DNA of 64,000 nucleotides from Oculina patagonica (Eukaryota): NCBI RefSeq assembly GCF_052425735.1, contig NC_135762.1, positions 33,170,001 to 33,234,000 of the forward strand, read 5' to 3'. Shown piece by piece: positions 25,779 to 38,526 of this stretch (position 1 is its first letter; each line of letters starts with the position of its first letter). The notes under the pieces were generated by a model. It saw only the letters and a program-made list of their open reading frames with translations, ran no database searches and was not told where the DNA came from. The position numbers and the translations under genes were made by a program.

Positions 25779-26544
25779 CGCGATGCGATCGAATCAAAGT
25801 TACTAGACAATTTTACTGGAGACCTATATATATTTCCTAACTTAAACGAACCGCAAAACCTGATCAAATACATCTTGAAGGTATCTCTATTCACTTTCGC
25901 AAAACCAATCTAAAATCATTTTACGCTTTCAAACGCCATTTCTAGGGTCTATTATTTAACCTTACTGACCCAACTAAAGTGCTTCAAAATCAAAGTACCC
26001 CCACCAAGCTGTTCAAATACATCTGAAGTGTTTTATAAAACCAATAAAAAATCGATTAACGTGGTTTCAAAGGCAGTTTCAAGGATTTATTAGGTATCTA
26101 TACAGCTGTACGATGAATCAATTAAAAATTGTTTAACGGTTTTAAACAGCTTCTTCGGTTTATTACTCATCTTCAAACAGTCTGTCTATAGCTAGACCTT
26201 TTTTCGTTAAACCGCCCGCAAATCAGTATTTATTGAAAAAAAAATGTCATCAAATACTTCTCGAAATATAAAAAAAGAAATATAAAAAAAAAGAATTGAA
26301 CTGAAAAACACAAGGCGGCTACTGTCCGTCCCGCCGCCCGCCACGCTTTCGCTGTCACTCAGAGGCGTAGCGTTGCGTGACGGGAGAGACTAGAAAGGGC
26401 CAGAACTAAACTGAGGTCTTTCAAGAAAACACGAGTTGTTTGTTGGCGGTTTGATGGCCGTGGTATCCAGGCAAATTTTCTCAATAGAAGAAATCTCGCC
26501 TGTGAATAGCGCCGATGATGTACATAATGAAAACCTCAGCGTAA

Positions 26545-26779
26545 GGGACAGACCATTATTTTTTTGGAGGGGGGGGGGGGGGGGAAAAAAAAAAAAAAAA
26601 ATATTTTTGGGGGGGGGAGAAAGACAAAATAAATTGTTTGCAAACACGATATGTATAACAAGAAAATAGTAAGAATTTCGAAAAAAAATGTTTGCAGAGG
26701 TTACATAAACTAAAAAAAAAAAAGTTTGCAAAGGAAAATTTTTCATCCCCCCCACTCCAAGAAAATAATGGTCCGTCCC
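26545..26779. mobile_element. 235-bp PIF/Harbinger-like MITE with TAA target-site duplication, present only in arm 2
   Basis: taa-gggacagaccattatt ... aataatggtccgtccc-taa. The empty site (a single TAA) is in arm 1 at ~8397. Confidence 0.85.
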
Positions 26780-27563
26780 TAAAATGATTTTATCATTTCT
26801 TTATCATTTCGTGACCTACTGTAGAAGTCTACATTGGGAGCTCAAGCTGACAACTGTTGACAGCTTAGACGGCAGGTTTCTTTGTTTTTTTTTTTTCGCA
26901 TTTTTTTTTAAAATCGGCCACCGAATTTAAATTCTTTTATTTGTAAAAGCGCAGATGAGGGTCGTATTTGAAGATAGGTTTGTTGACATATTTTAAGCAC
27001 TAAAGTAAACAGTTCTCTGTAAAATCGGCTCTAGTTTTTTTTGGCTCTTTTATGTCACGATGTTAAATTTAAATTCATTTTTCTGATGAGCAAAATCACT
27101 TCTCACCTCGAACTAGTAATTTACTAAGAAAGAAAAACCTTTAAAGATGTAATTAAAACCGAAAATAACAAGATGGATTGTTACAATTGAGAAAAATACG
27201 AGCCACAAACTTGACCAATTGGCCATTTAATTTTTAAGTCCATGACTCAGCCCCATAATCCGCCGACACGACGAAAATACGGATTTGAATTTTAATCTTC
27301 TTTACCATACATTAAAGGTCTTATAAAAACTAATCCAACAAATCTCGTAATAAAACTCAAATTACGGTTGTGAAGTCAGTTTTATTTAATCATAACAAAT
27401 AAAGAAGCTACATAAAATATCTATAAACTGAATTTACACAGCGAATACTTAATTGATGCAGCTGCAATGTCCAGAAGTTGAATGTATGAACTTTTCAATT
27501 TTTCAACGATAAACGAGCTATGAAGAAAAACAACCGTGTTAATAACATCGTTTACTGTGTGTG

Positions 27564-28406
27564 CTATTGTACCCCTTGGAGGTCCATCACTCCTTTGTCC
27601 CAGTTCTTCTGGGTTTCCAGATCATTCTGTATGCCTTGTTCCTTTCCAAAGGCAAACCTCTTGGCGGCAGGAGTCTGGGACATAGCCTGTCCCAGCTGGT
27701 ATGCTTCTATCTTCAAACCTTCTTCAATAGGCGTCTCCACTGCACTCAATACGCATCTCTTGCACGCCGTAATCGAGCCTGCAGGGAATTTAGCTATGCG
27801 ATTAGCCAGCTCTTCCACAAACGGCCCAATCTCGTCAGGGTTTAGTGCTCGGTTGATGCTTCCATAACGCTCTGCAAGGTCAGCATCGAAGTCGTGAGCC
27901 CCCAGAATGATCTCCATGGCGCGACCCATACCGACTTGGCGCGCAAGTCGCTGCGTTCCTCCACCGCATGGCACTATCCCCATACCAACTTCCATCTGCA
28001 TAAACACTGCTCTACCTCGTGCGGCGAAACGCATGTCACAGGCCTGCATGAACTCGTGTCCACCCCCACGGGCCATTCCCTCCACCTTGGCAATAGTGGC
28101 TTGAGGAAGTGTGCTGATGCGCTGTAGGACCTGCTGCAGGTATAGTATAGGCTCGTCCATGGAGCGTTCACTGGCTGGGATCTCACACAACATGTCAATG
28201 TCTGCGTGACAGACAAAGATGTCCGGATGGGCAGATTGAAAGACCACGACCTTGACGGAACGATCAGGCTCCAAAGCTTCAGCTAAACGATTCAGGTCAT
28301 CAAGCATCGGTTTGCCTTGCACATTTACTGGCGGGAAGTCAAATGTGACCCAGGCGACGCCTTCCCTTATCTCGACTTTAAACGTAGTGTAACCTTCGTA
28401 AGACAT
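27564..28406 (-). CDS. Enoyl-CoA hydratase/isomerase, second (allelic) copy, 280 aa
   Basis: Differs from 6770-7612 at K14R, K43E and one S>L near the C-terminus (CVSS/CVLS). Confidence 0.92.
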   Translation of the reverse strand: MSYEGYTTFKVEIREGVAWVTFDFPPVNVQGKPMLDDLNRLAEALEPDRSVKVVVFQSAHPDIFVCHADIDMLCEIPASERSMDEPILYLQQVLQRISTLPQATIAKVEGMARGGGHEFMQACDMRFAARGRAVFMQMEVGMGIVPCGGGTQRLARQVGMGRAMEIILGAHDFDADLAERYGSINRALNPDEIGPFVEELANRIAKFPAGSITACKRCVLSAVETPIEEGLKIEAYQLGQAMSQTPAAKRFAFGKEQGIQNDLETQKNWDKGVMDLQGVQ

Positions 28407-30347
28407 GGTAATTAGGCTTGTTCAATCTATGCAAATAAAATTCGGAGATAAATGCACATTGTTAGTGTTGACATGTTGTAAAAACGAACTGTTTATTCAC
28501 AGTTTGATCTGATAAAGCAAGAAAATATGAGCATTTTCTCTTGGATAAAACTCAGGCCACTTGTAAGTTCATTCTGTATATTGGCAAGACCCTGGCAACA
28601 AACGAGCGTCGCGCTAAAGGCTTCGCGCATTGATGCATGGCCGTTCAGTCGTTGTAAACCAGAGAGAGTTAGTCAACCATCACAGTGCTGTGAAAACCAA
28701 TACATTGTCCTTTCACAGTTTATCGCCATAAAGCTAAGGTCAATATCAAGCTTTCGTATTTTAAGAAGCCGGCTTGTTTGCAAGAAAACACTGATGCATT
28801 TTAGCTTCACGGGCAATTGGTTCGAGCCCTCTGAAAATGTAATTAAGGATTTAAAAATAGAGTTATTCGACTTATTCGAGCAAAGCGGCAAAGTCCAAGC
28901 CCAGCGGTCATACCGAAACCTCTTAGTTAGACGTGTCATACTTACCTTCACGTTGCAGATAAAACGTTAAAGTTGTAGCTTGGCTAACCGGCTGGAAACA
29001 CTGTGCTCCGACTACCAGTAATCTGGGTGTAGCTACCGGCTATTGATATGCTAACGATGCGCGCGTTGGCATGGGAGACCCTAAAAGGGCAGTCTTAGGT
29101 CACGTCACACAAAACAAAGCCTGGGTCCCAAGAGGAGTGTAGCTAAATCCTGGTTTTCACTAGCGACGTAATCACAAGCGCAAGCACAAGCACAAGCACA
29201 AGCACAAGCATAACAGCCATTATTTCACCGTGAAAACGACTTCGACTCAAGCATAAGCACAAGCGCAAGCACAAGCACAAGCACAAAGATCAAAATTTTT
29301 CCTTTTCTTGTGCTTGCGTTCGTGTGAAAACGAAAAATCGCATAAGCACAAGAAAATTGATGAATGTGTGTCCAGCAGTAATACCAGAAAATACCACATG
29401 AAAATTGTTTACGTCTGGCCTTATTTTCTCTTGTAGAAATAAAGTGCGGAAGCCGCGGTTGAGTTGATGAAAAAAAAATCCGAAGTTGTTCCGAAGAGTG
29501 TAGGGAATTTAAAGACAAACAAAAAGGCAAAAGCGTGGGCTTGAGTAGTGAAAGAAATGGAAATGACTACTTTTTTCTTTTAAAAATATCTATAACCTCA
29601 AATGTTTCGTTTTCTCCTTTTTTGTGGTCGCTTTCGCTTTCATTGTCACAAGAGTCGAGGAGACAACAACACAATACAGTGGAACCTCGATATAACGAAG
29701 TGCCAAGAGACTGGTAAAATGTGTTCGTGTTTAAGTAAGACCAAGTCTCATTTCAAGGATTTCCAATTGATTCCAAGTTCCGGCCTTCACTGGATTTTCG
29801 AGTAGCACTAAATCTTGCTGACACTGCTCCTTTAAGGTTAACCTGGGGAAACTAGGTTTTCCACGTGTAACCGATTTCCTGAATACGGAAGATTTTGTAA
29901 ATAAACAGTAGCGATGCAAAAACATGACAAAAACAAAAACTAAAGAATGTGCATAAAATGGTGAACAGTTTCTCTGGAATGGAGTCTGTTTGAGTGTTTA
30001 ATGTCGGTCTCTTTTTTTCTTGATCAGGAGCATCTCATTAATAAGTTTACCTAAAGCTGTGTATGCAGTAAATGCTCACCGGTGTGTTTCATTCAGTACC
30101 TTCAAGAAAAGTTGATTCGAAAATGCTAATACATACGTTAATGATTCCATTTACTCCTGCCTATGGCCCTCCTGCCTGTGACCCCCTTTCTAATAAGGGA
30201 CAACGTTATTAATTTCCCCCCCCCCACCCCCTTCCCCCCTAGGGACCCCCCAGCTACTCACTGATCACTGACTGATTGCGTCAGTTGCGTGACTATGCGA
30301 CAAGTTTATAAAGAACAACCGCTGGATAGTGGAATCGTATCGCGGGC

Positions 30348-30701
30348 ATGGCATGGAAGGTTTTCGTTCTTCTTGGTATTTTTAGCAGTTTCACTGCTCT
30401 CATGTTATTCCGATTTTCGTCCCTTTGCAGTCGTTTTCCTCGCCAGTTTAAGAGCTTCTGCACAGTTAGGACAACAATGAAATACTTAAACCAAGAAGAG
30501 GCCCAAAAGATCGATCAAGAGCTGTTCAATGAGTATTCGTTCAGTGTTGATCAGCTAATGGAGTTAGCTGGATTGAGTGTAGCTGTCGCACTAACCAAGG
30601 CTTATCCCAGAGAAGCAAGTCAGCCTAAAGTACTGGTATGTAGTGGCCCTGGAAACAATGGTGGAGATGGATTGGTTGCAGCTAGGCATCTCAAGATGTT
30701 C
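30348..30701 (+). CDS. NAXE: NAXE exon 1, second (allelic) copy, truncated by the gap
   Basis: Near-identical to 4855-4502, with donor gtaagt at 30702. Confidence 0.9.
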
Positions 30702-32899
30702 GTAAGTCAATCTGTCTGATTATAATTATGTGGTAAATTTGTGTAATAAAGAATTTTTTTTATAAGCACTGTTAAGTTATATGGGGTACGCACATGCACT
30801 CTTGTGGCCAGATGACCAACTTAAAAAAACATTTTCCATACATTTTTAGACACAATGTTGACAATTAAGATTAATAAGTTTCCTAATGGCCCCCAAGTTT
30901 AATTTTATTATTACCTCTGGCATCTTGGATAATAATTTTGCAAAAAGCAATTAAGTTAACCTGAAGTATACAAAACTCTAGCTCCAGACCACATTTTGTT
31001 ACTAGCTGAGTCCATGGGAAAAAATAGGATAAATACCTTGTGAAAAAATCCTCATTTTCTCTGGTCAGGGAGGGATCCAAGAAAATTATTCACAAAAAGG
31101 GGACAGATAATTTTTAAATTTCCCAACTGAATGTTGGGCAGTGGGAGGGGGGGGGGGGGAGACAGCCCCCTTGACCCTCCCCCTACATCCCCCTTGACGC
31201 TTCCCCTAAATCTGCTTATGCAGAACCCAGAATGCCAGAGTGGCAGGGGTATTTTGCAGAATGCAGTTATTGTAGAGTGTAGAATGATGGTGGTGACGGA
31301 ACGGCAATAGTATAATGCCCTAACAAACAACTGAATAAAAGCTAACCGCAAGCAAACTGGAGTGATAGCTTACCACGAGCAAACCGGAGTAAAAGCTAAC
31401 TGCACGCAAGCCGCTGACCATCATTCTGCCTTCTGCGTTCTGTGTTTTACAAAATACACCTGCCAATGCCAGAGTACACAAGTCATGTTGAATTTGTGTA
31501 CATGTTGTAGTTTATATTTATCTTTAGTTATCTNNNNNNNNNNNNNNNNNNNNNNNNNNNNNNNNNNNNNNNNNNNNNNNNNNNNNNNNNNNNNNNNNNN
31601 NNNNNNNNNNNNNNNNNNNNNNNNNNNNNNNNNNNNNNNNNNNNNNNNNNNNNNNNNNNNNNNNNNNNNNNNNNNNNNNNNNNNNNNNNNNNNNNNNNNN
31701 NNNNNNNNNNNNNNNNNNNNNNNNNNNNNNNNNNNNNNNNNNNNNNNNNNNNNNNNNNNNNNNNNNNNNNNNNNNNNNNNNNNNNNNNNNNNNNNNNNNN
31801 NNNNNNNNNNNNNNNNNNNNNNNNNNNNNNNNNNNNNNNNNNNNNNNNNNNNNNNNNNNNNNNNNNNNNNNNNNNNNNNNNNNNNNNNNNNNNNNNNNNN
31901 NNNNNNNNNNNNNNNNNNNNNNNNNNNNNNNNNNNNNNNNNNNNNNNNNNNNNNNNNNNNNNNNNNNNNNNNNNNNNNNNNNNNNNNNNNNNNNNNNNNN
32001 NNNNNNNNNNNNNNNNNNNNNNNNNNNNNNNNNCAATTAAAGCCAGTAAGGTTTCTATTTATCGGTCAACTTGGCCTATGAATATCTTTCAATGAGAAGC
32101 TTTCGTAGCTGACCTTTATGAACAAAAAACGATCGGCAACCATTCTTTTATAAAGCCCCTAACGATCAACATCGATTGTGAGATTCTCTTTAACAAATTT
32201 CTCGTGAAAAAAAATATGTTAAATTACATCAGTAAAGATAATTTTTTGGAGTCGGAATTTGAAAGGCTACCATTACGTTGCGGGCAAATAAAGCTGAATA
32301 AAGAAAGCGAGTCAATAAATCTACAGCGATTTCTTTTTCGCAGCTTTGTAATTTTCTTCAAACAAAAACTTGTATTTATTTACAAACGAAATGAATCCAT
32401 ATTGAGCAAATATCCACAAAAATGTTCAAAAGCACGAATGAGGCGATGTTTTTTTTGCCGGGCAAATGAAAATTTACATCAGCAAGGATACAGTTTATAT
32501 TCTTATAATTTACCGTTGATTTCTAGTCTACCGGCCTTTCTCCTAAATATCTCCGACATTTAAAAATAAAAGATTAATTTCTCTTTATTATATTATTCCG
32601 GACAAAGAAAAAGGTTTGGTTTTTCTAGCTTTTTAGAATGATATTGTCGACAACTGTTAGCTTGATCAAGGACTATTCTTATACCTTTTCTTTGTTGTTG
32701 TTTTTTTGTTCTGCCGAGTACGGAAATTAAAGAGGGCCATTTTATTGGTTTGCGTTAACAATTGAAAAAGATGTACTTGTAGAATTTAATGAGTTGTCTC
32801 TCAGTACATTCTTCTGACAAAAGCGAGCCATCAATATTTCAATTTTTTTGAGGGATTTATATCTACCTGTTTATCTTGAGATAATGAAACGTTTTAAAA

Positions 32900-33079
32900 C
32901 ATAGAATCGCCTTTGAGACCGTTAATCGATTTTTAATTGGTTTACCGAAGTGAATAGAGACACCTTTAAGCTGTGTTTGATCAGGTTTCACAGTTAAATA
33001 ATTTCAAAGGTATTTAAGGGCTACAGGTTAATTTCCTAGTTATTTCACTGAAGCACTTCACTGATCGAAGAGACTCGCC
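32900..33079 (+). promoter_or_regulatory. Promoter of the ShK mini-gene, a shortened homolog of the astacin promoter
   Basis: Shares cgcctttga..ccgttaatcgattt..attggttt and gaagtgaatagagacac..tgtgtttgatcaggttt, with TATA-like tatttaag at ~33011. Confidence 0.55.
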
Positions 33080-34695
33080 ATGAAGTATTTACTTGTTGTT
33101 ATCGCTTTCTGCGCTGCACTCTGTTATGCGGCAGATGGTATGTATTTTTGGTTTGTAACTGTATGGAGTCGATGGACAATTTTTCAACCATTAAATCCTT
33201 GACGGTAAAGTCCACTAAAACTTTCAAAAAAGTTAAGAATTTATGTTTTTAGGTCAGGTCAGTTTACGGTTAAAATTTAGTTCACTTTAACTTAATTAAA
33301 TGATTGAAAATAGAAAGAAAATGGGATTGAACTGATAATTCCGCGTACGTTCGCCACTATTTTAAGGTAGAAACGTCTCGAAACAAGAAAAAAATTCTCT
33401 TGCTTGAAAATTAATCGAACGTTTAACACTTTTTAGATGTCTTGTTTTCCTCAGTAGTTTCTGTGCTTCATTACAGTGAAAACCTCTGAAACGCTCCCTT
33501 CCACCTTATTCAAACATGCACTACAGTATACTTTCCCCATCACACTTTTTTTTTCATTGTTGAAAGTTAGCTCATCGTTTGCCACTCTGACTCTAATTTT
33601 ACAGGAAATGACGATGTTCTCGACCCTAGCCTGTTTGAGGAGCCGGAGCTTGCAAGTGTATTTGGTAATATTATTTATATCTTTATATTTTCATTACAGT
33701 TTATCCCCAGAACGTCGATTTTAAGGAAAAAAATGGGAATATTTTATTTTACCTTCAATAAATAAAACACACTGCGGTGGCAAACATGGCAAGACAACGA
33801 ATGTCGGAAAAAACTTTGATTTTAAGAACTTAACATTTCGTATGCTAAAAAAAAAATCTTCAGAAGTAACCGTTAGCAAAAATATAATAACATACAATAT
33901 AACAGTAAATCCTTGAAGTATCTACTGAACTACATGGTTAACATTACATCTTTCTCATTTTATTACCGAGCTTAAAATTTACCATCATTTTCTGTAATGT
34001 TTAATTAACAAGCAGGAGTGTTTTATCAAGTTTAAAACACGAGGCGCAGCCGAGTGTTTTAGACTTGATAAAGCACGAACTGCGAGTTTATTGAACGGCT
34101 TCAAAACCCTCTGATGTAGATCTTTTCATTCTTGCAGTGATATTTAGATCTTGAGTTATTTTGGCCAAAAAAATTGGAAATAAAATTTAGCCGTACCTTT
34201 ATCAGATATAAAGACACTCATTAAACATTTATTTCCTTTGTATTTTCTTTATGAATTATTAATGAGTTTTTGAATTATCATCAAAAAGTACGCCATCGGC
34301 AATGCTGATCATAGCAGTATGCAGGACGCGTGTCACATGTTAAAGTAGTAAATGGCCTTGTTCACCATAATAAGTGGATAAAGCGCCCGCCCGCTCTTAG
34401 GGAGGTTATTGGTTCAATTCCCGTCGTGACATGTTTTTTTTTTCTTTGTCTCAAAGAAGCCATTTTTACATCTTTCTCAGTACATGGTTTGACCCAGATC
34501 GCTTTTGTATGCAACCAACCTCGCGCGCGCTGACGTTTTCCCAGCTCTTAAATTAAAAAAGTCGTTTTTTTTTTATTATTTTCCTCAGGTCGGTGTGCAG
34601 ACAGATACCCTATCTGGTGTAAGAACAATGCACGCTGGTGTCACTGGACTAGTCACATGCAAGGAAAGTGCAACCGAACCTGCAATTTATGTTAA
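33080..34695 (+). CDS. Stand-alone secreted ShKT peptide precursor, 74 aa; exons 33080-33137, 33605-33664, 34589-34695; 3'UTR intron 34703-35098
   Basis: Spliced ORF (225 nt, both introns phase 1, GT-AG): MKYLLVVIAFCAALCYAAD-GNDDVLDPSLFEEPELASVF-GRCADRYPIWCKNNARWCHWTSHMQGKCNRTCNLC*. Good Kozak context (cgccATG) and AATAAA near 35198. Confidence 0.82.
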
Positions 34696-35888
34696 AACGC
34701 GGGTAAGTCGAAAGTGTAAAACAAAATATCTTATCAATTATGCCCAGTTATTTATCCGCCGTTCAGTTCCAGAGTCTATTCTCAAGTGTGAAATATACGA
34801 TTATTACTTCACAGTGTGACCATTCGAATTAGTGTCACCGAAGTACTACTTTTGGCGAAAATTACATGTAAAAGTAATCTTCAATTATAAAAATTACCTT
34901 GGATTGTGCTAAAGATTGCTTATCGTCATAACTAACAATAAAAACAAACAATATAAGTCAGAGTTGTGTGTAAAAAACGAATAAATTGTATGACTTTTTA
35001 GCCTTGTAAATAAATTTTTTACCCTTTTAGCGAATATTATGTCAATAAATTACGTATTTTACATGTTAAAACATGTTTTCCTTCAATTTGCTTTGCAGAA
35101 TCTCCAGGAAAAGCAATAGAAATGATCTATGTTAATTAATCTGCACTATTGAATCAGTCTAGTATGTAGCAGAAATGTGTAATTACCGCAATCAAGTAAT
35201 AAACGTTCGTTAAAAGGCCCAATGTTTCGTGTGTTTTTTACTCTCTATCTCTCTCTATCTTGAGTAACTAAAATTATCTTTTATCAATTGCTCTTTCGAA
35301 GGCACTTTGCAGCTCTTAATCGTTAAGTTAATTTGGCAATACAGATTGTTCATATGATGTTTTTTTCTTTTTTAAAGGAAAATCGAATCGAAATTAGCAT
35401 GTCCAAAAGTTTCCTTAGAATGTAAACATGCTTTTAAATCTGCTGTAGATATATGGTCATGTGTTGTCTAGATTCTCACCTTTATTGGTTATTTTCGATA
35501 ATATATTGTCCGCCTTCGTACTTTTTAAAGAGTTTTCATTGGTTAATGCTTTTTCAAACGACCCCATTTAAATGGTCGACTGTAACAATGTAACTGCCAG
35601 CTCCAATTGCGATTTACAATCCGATTTAGCCGTTTGAATTGAAATCAGGTCCCCTTCAGTTTCTACCCAATCCTATCACTTATGTTCGAAAATGATGTAT
35701 TAATTAAGTTATCACATAATTGCAATTTGCATAGCTGAAGCTGCAAAGGTGAAAATACAGAATGACCATAAAGTGATGAACAATTGACTCAATATCCAAA
35801 AATATATCCCATTTTTACCACTTCTTACAACCTAAATACAACTGAAGAAGAAAAAATTAACAACAATTGTTTTGATTCAACTACGTTA

Positions 35889-36874
35889 TCAGTTTGAACT
35901 ATAACTTAACTCTTCTGTAGACGATTCCAAGCAGAATATTCTGCGGTAAGTTTTCTTGACAGCGCCTCGGAATTCACGAAGACGTAAGCAATACATTAAA
36001 GGATTCAAAGTAGAGTTCGAGAGCATTAATGTGACTGAGAACTCGTAAGCCAAAACAACAGCTGTGTTTGAAGAGTTTGACATGTTGTTAATAGCTGTCG
36101 CGATGAAAAAGGGAAGGTAGCATAACATGAATGCGAAGAAGACATATAGAGTATTGATGGCCGATTTTCGCAATCTTTTTAACCGTCCTATTTCAACATT
36201 TGACATCTGCGCTGCCATTTGATCCTGAATTTGTGCCTTGTGTCGCTTTACCACTTGGTAGATTTTTACATAAACAGTTAATGTACCCACAAGAGAAATA
36301 GCAACAACTACAGCCGCCAGCGTTGAGTAAACTTGAAACCCTGCCAGCCAAACAAAGCAGAGCAAAGCGTTTATCACCCACATAGCTACTTGTGTGATAA
36401 TGGTTCGTTTTTCGGTCACTATTTGCCCTTAATATACATTCTTGTTCTTTCGGTTTTTTTATATCGTAGATGTAACCGAATCGCCAGATATCTATCTATA
36501 CCAATCATTGCGATGTATAGAAACGAAACACCAGCTAAAAACGAAGTCGATATGCTATAAATAACCAAAACGGTGCAATGTGGTAGAGAGCTGGTGTAGA
36601 CGTTAAACAACACGAAGATATACAATGGATGAACTACCAGTCCAACTCCAAGATCTGTCAAAGCTAATCCAAACAGAAGGATATTCGACGTTGAACGTAA
36701 GGACGATACCAGAACAAAGCTGAGAAGGATCGAAATGTTTCCCAAAGTTCCGGTGAACATGAGCGCAATATTCAACACCATGTTCACTAAAATGCCATGT
36801 TGTTCCTCGATAAGCGAAAGAACCGGAACTTCGACAAGACAATCGGCTCGAGTCCTGTTTAGTGACATGTTCAT
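35889..36874 (-). pseudogene. Intronless class A GPCR (cnidarian orphan, melanocortin/adenosine-receptor-like), frameshifted
   Basis: Two ORFs (36874-36419 and 36419-35889) are colinear with the intact paralog at 39687-40622. A 32-bp A-rich insertion at 36429-36460 follows DRYLAIRLHLRY. Confidence 0.85.
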
Positions 36875-38231
36875 TCACTTGTTTGGCGTTTTTCGTCCTG
36901 AAGAAACGCTTATTGTTGTTCCGCAATAATCGTTATAACTGTAAATATAAATTTTAAAATGAATTCTTATTGAGAACGATCCTAAAGCTCGATAGTGTTT
37001 CGTTATTTAAACAAACATTAAAATGTTTTGAAAGCATACATCTGCGCTAATTTTTTCACTTATTTAAATTGCTAAGATATTCATTACGCACCGGAAAAAA
37101 ATTTAATTATGTTTATAATATGGAAAATATTACTCTGCCAGTTCCAAACACCGGGAAATTAAGACTTTTGTTGATTCACCTGAACTCGACTCTTTCATAT
37201 GATTGGCCAAGAAACAAAGACGTCCTTTCGTGAGGCAGACATGTGGTACAAGTTCAATTGAACTGTTATAATTGCTAGCTCTGGGGGGGTGAAACTAATA
37301 ACGATTAAAATGGGTAGTAGTATTAAAATGTAGCCAAAAATAAAAGGTCGTGGGCTGAAAATAGTCAATAAGACAGTTATTGAATCCACCACTTTTTGAC
37401 GAAATCCAGTTCCGCTATTGAACATGCCCAGTTGTGTGCAAGAATATTTGTAATTATATTTTTTGCGCCGGATGTTTATTTATTTATCTATATTTTTTAT
37501 TCATTCTGATTAGCTTCCATGAGTTTAGTCTTAACTGAAGAATCAGTTCAAATCAGTTTGGTGGTGCTATTTTGTAAAAAGAATTTGAATAAAACTAATT
37601 GTTTACAAGGCTAAGAAGTGATTCTAAAGAAACCTTTTAAACAAAACCACCGAAAGTCGTTTATGAAGTCATCAACAGAGTAACCGAAAACCTTTTTTAT
37701 TTCCTTATAAGTTTCTAGTCATTTCTTAGCATTATTAATGATTATTTTCAATACTAAACGAACATTACAAGGAAATTATATTCCCCTGCTCATTGTCACT
37801 CTTTGCCGCAAAACCTACTGAATCAGTCTCTGAGGAATAAGAGGAGGGGGGCGAGATCTTTAATTATGCAATAACGAAGGGCAAAGTTGATTTAAAAAAG
37901 CATGGCTACACGCTAGTCTCAGACACCGGTATCTCAGATAGCTATCTCAGATAGCGGCTGCCATAGGCGCCTTATATATGCTGATGTCCGATCTCATCCC
38001 TTAATTCTGTAAATTGTAAATAGTTACTGAAAAGCCCTGTGGGGAGCTGTACTGTACTCCTGTACTGCGAATTTCAATTTTATATATTTTTAGTCGTATC
38101 GTTCTTAGCTTTTAGGGGTTTTTAATCATCTTTGTAATAATTTCGATTTTTTATTCTTTTTTTATGCCATTATTTTTAATCTCAGGACCTCCCTGAAAAC
38201 CACACTAGTGAGTGGAGCATCCTGTTAAAAG

Positions 38232-38305
<74 letters not shown>
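38232..38305. repeat. (ATT)n microsatellite
   Basis: Direct reading. Confidence 0.95.
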
Positions 38306-38306
<1 letters not shown>

Positions 38307-38493
38307 TTTAATTAAAATAATAAACGCTTTATTAACCAATTTCTAAAAGAATTACAATGATTTGACTATTCGAATAAGAACTTTATATATAAACATATTA
38401 TTTACATAATAATAAAAACAGTGTCTTTAAAAATGTAGAAAAATAGTAAAAGCGACTTCGAGAGCAATAATAAAAGAAGAACTATATATTAAA

Positions 38494-38526
<33 letters not shown>

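Larger units (their letters stand above)
21239..31533 (-). repeat. Arm 2 of the apparent inverted duplication (likely allelic haplotype of 3680-13618)
   Basis: Reverse complement of arm 1 with SNPs and indels. It ends exactly at the gap at 31534. Confidence 0.95.

Noticed and set aside
28527-28970. 147-aa ORF upstream of and antisense to the ECH gene
   Set aside because: It lies in the candidate ECH 5'UTR intron, has no recognisable domain and is not intact in the other haplotype.
3680-31533. A real 28-kb palindromic amplicon with duplicated NAXE, ECH and astacin
   Set aside because: Arm ends coincide with gaps and a 15-nt end overlap joins the flipped contig 2 to contig 3. A haplotype/orientation artefact is more parsimonious, though not proven without reads.
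36429-36460. Micro-intron rescuing the frameshifted GPCR
   Set aside because: No GT...AG boundaries restore the frame at a plausible intron length.
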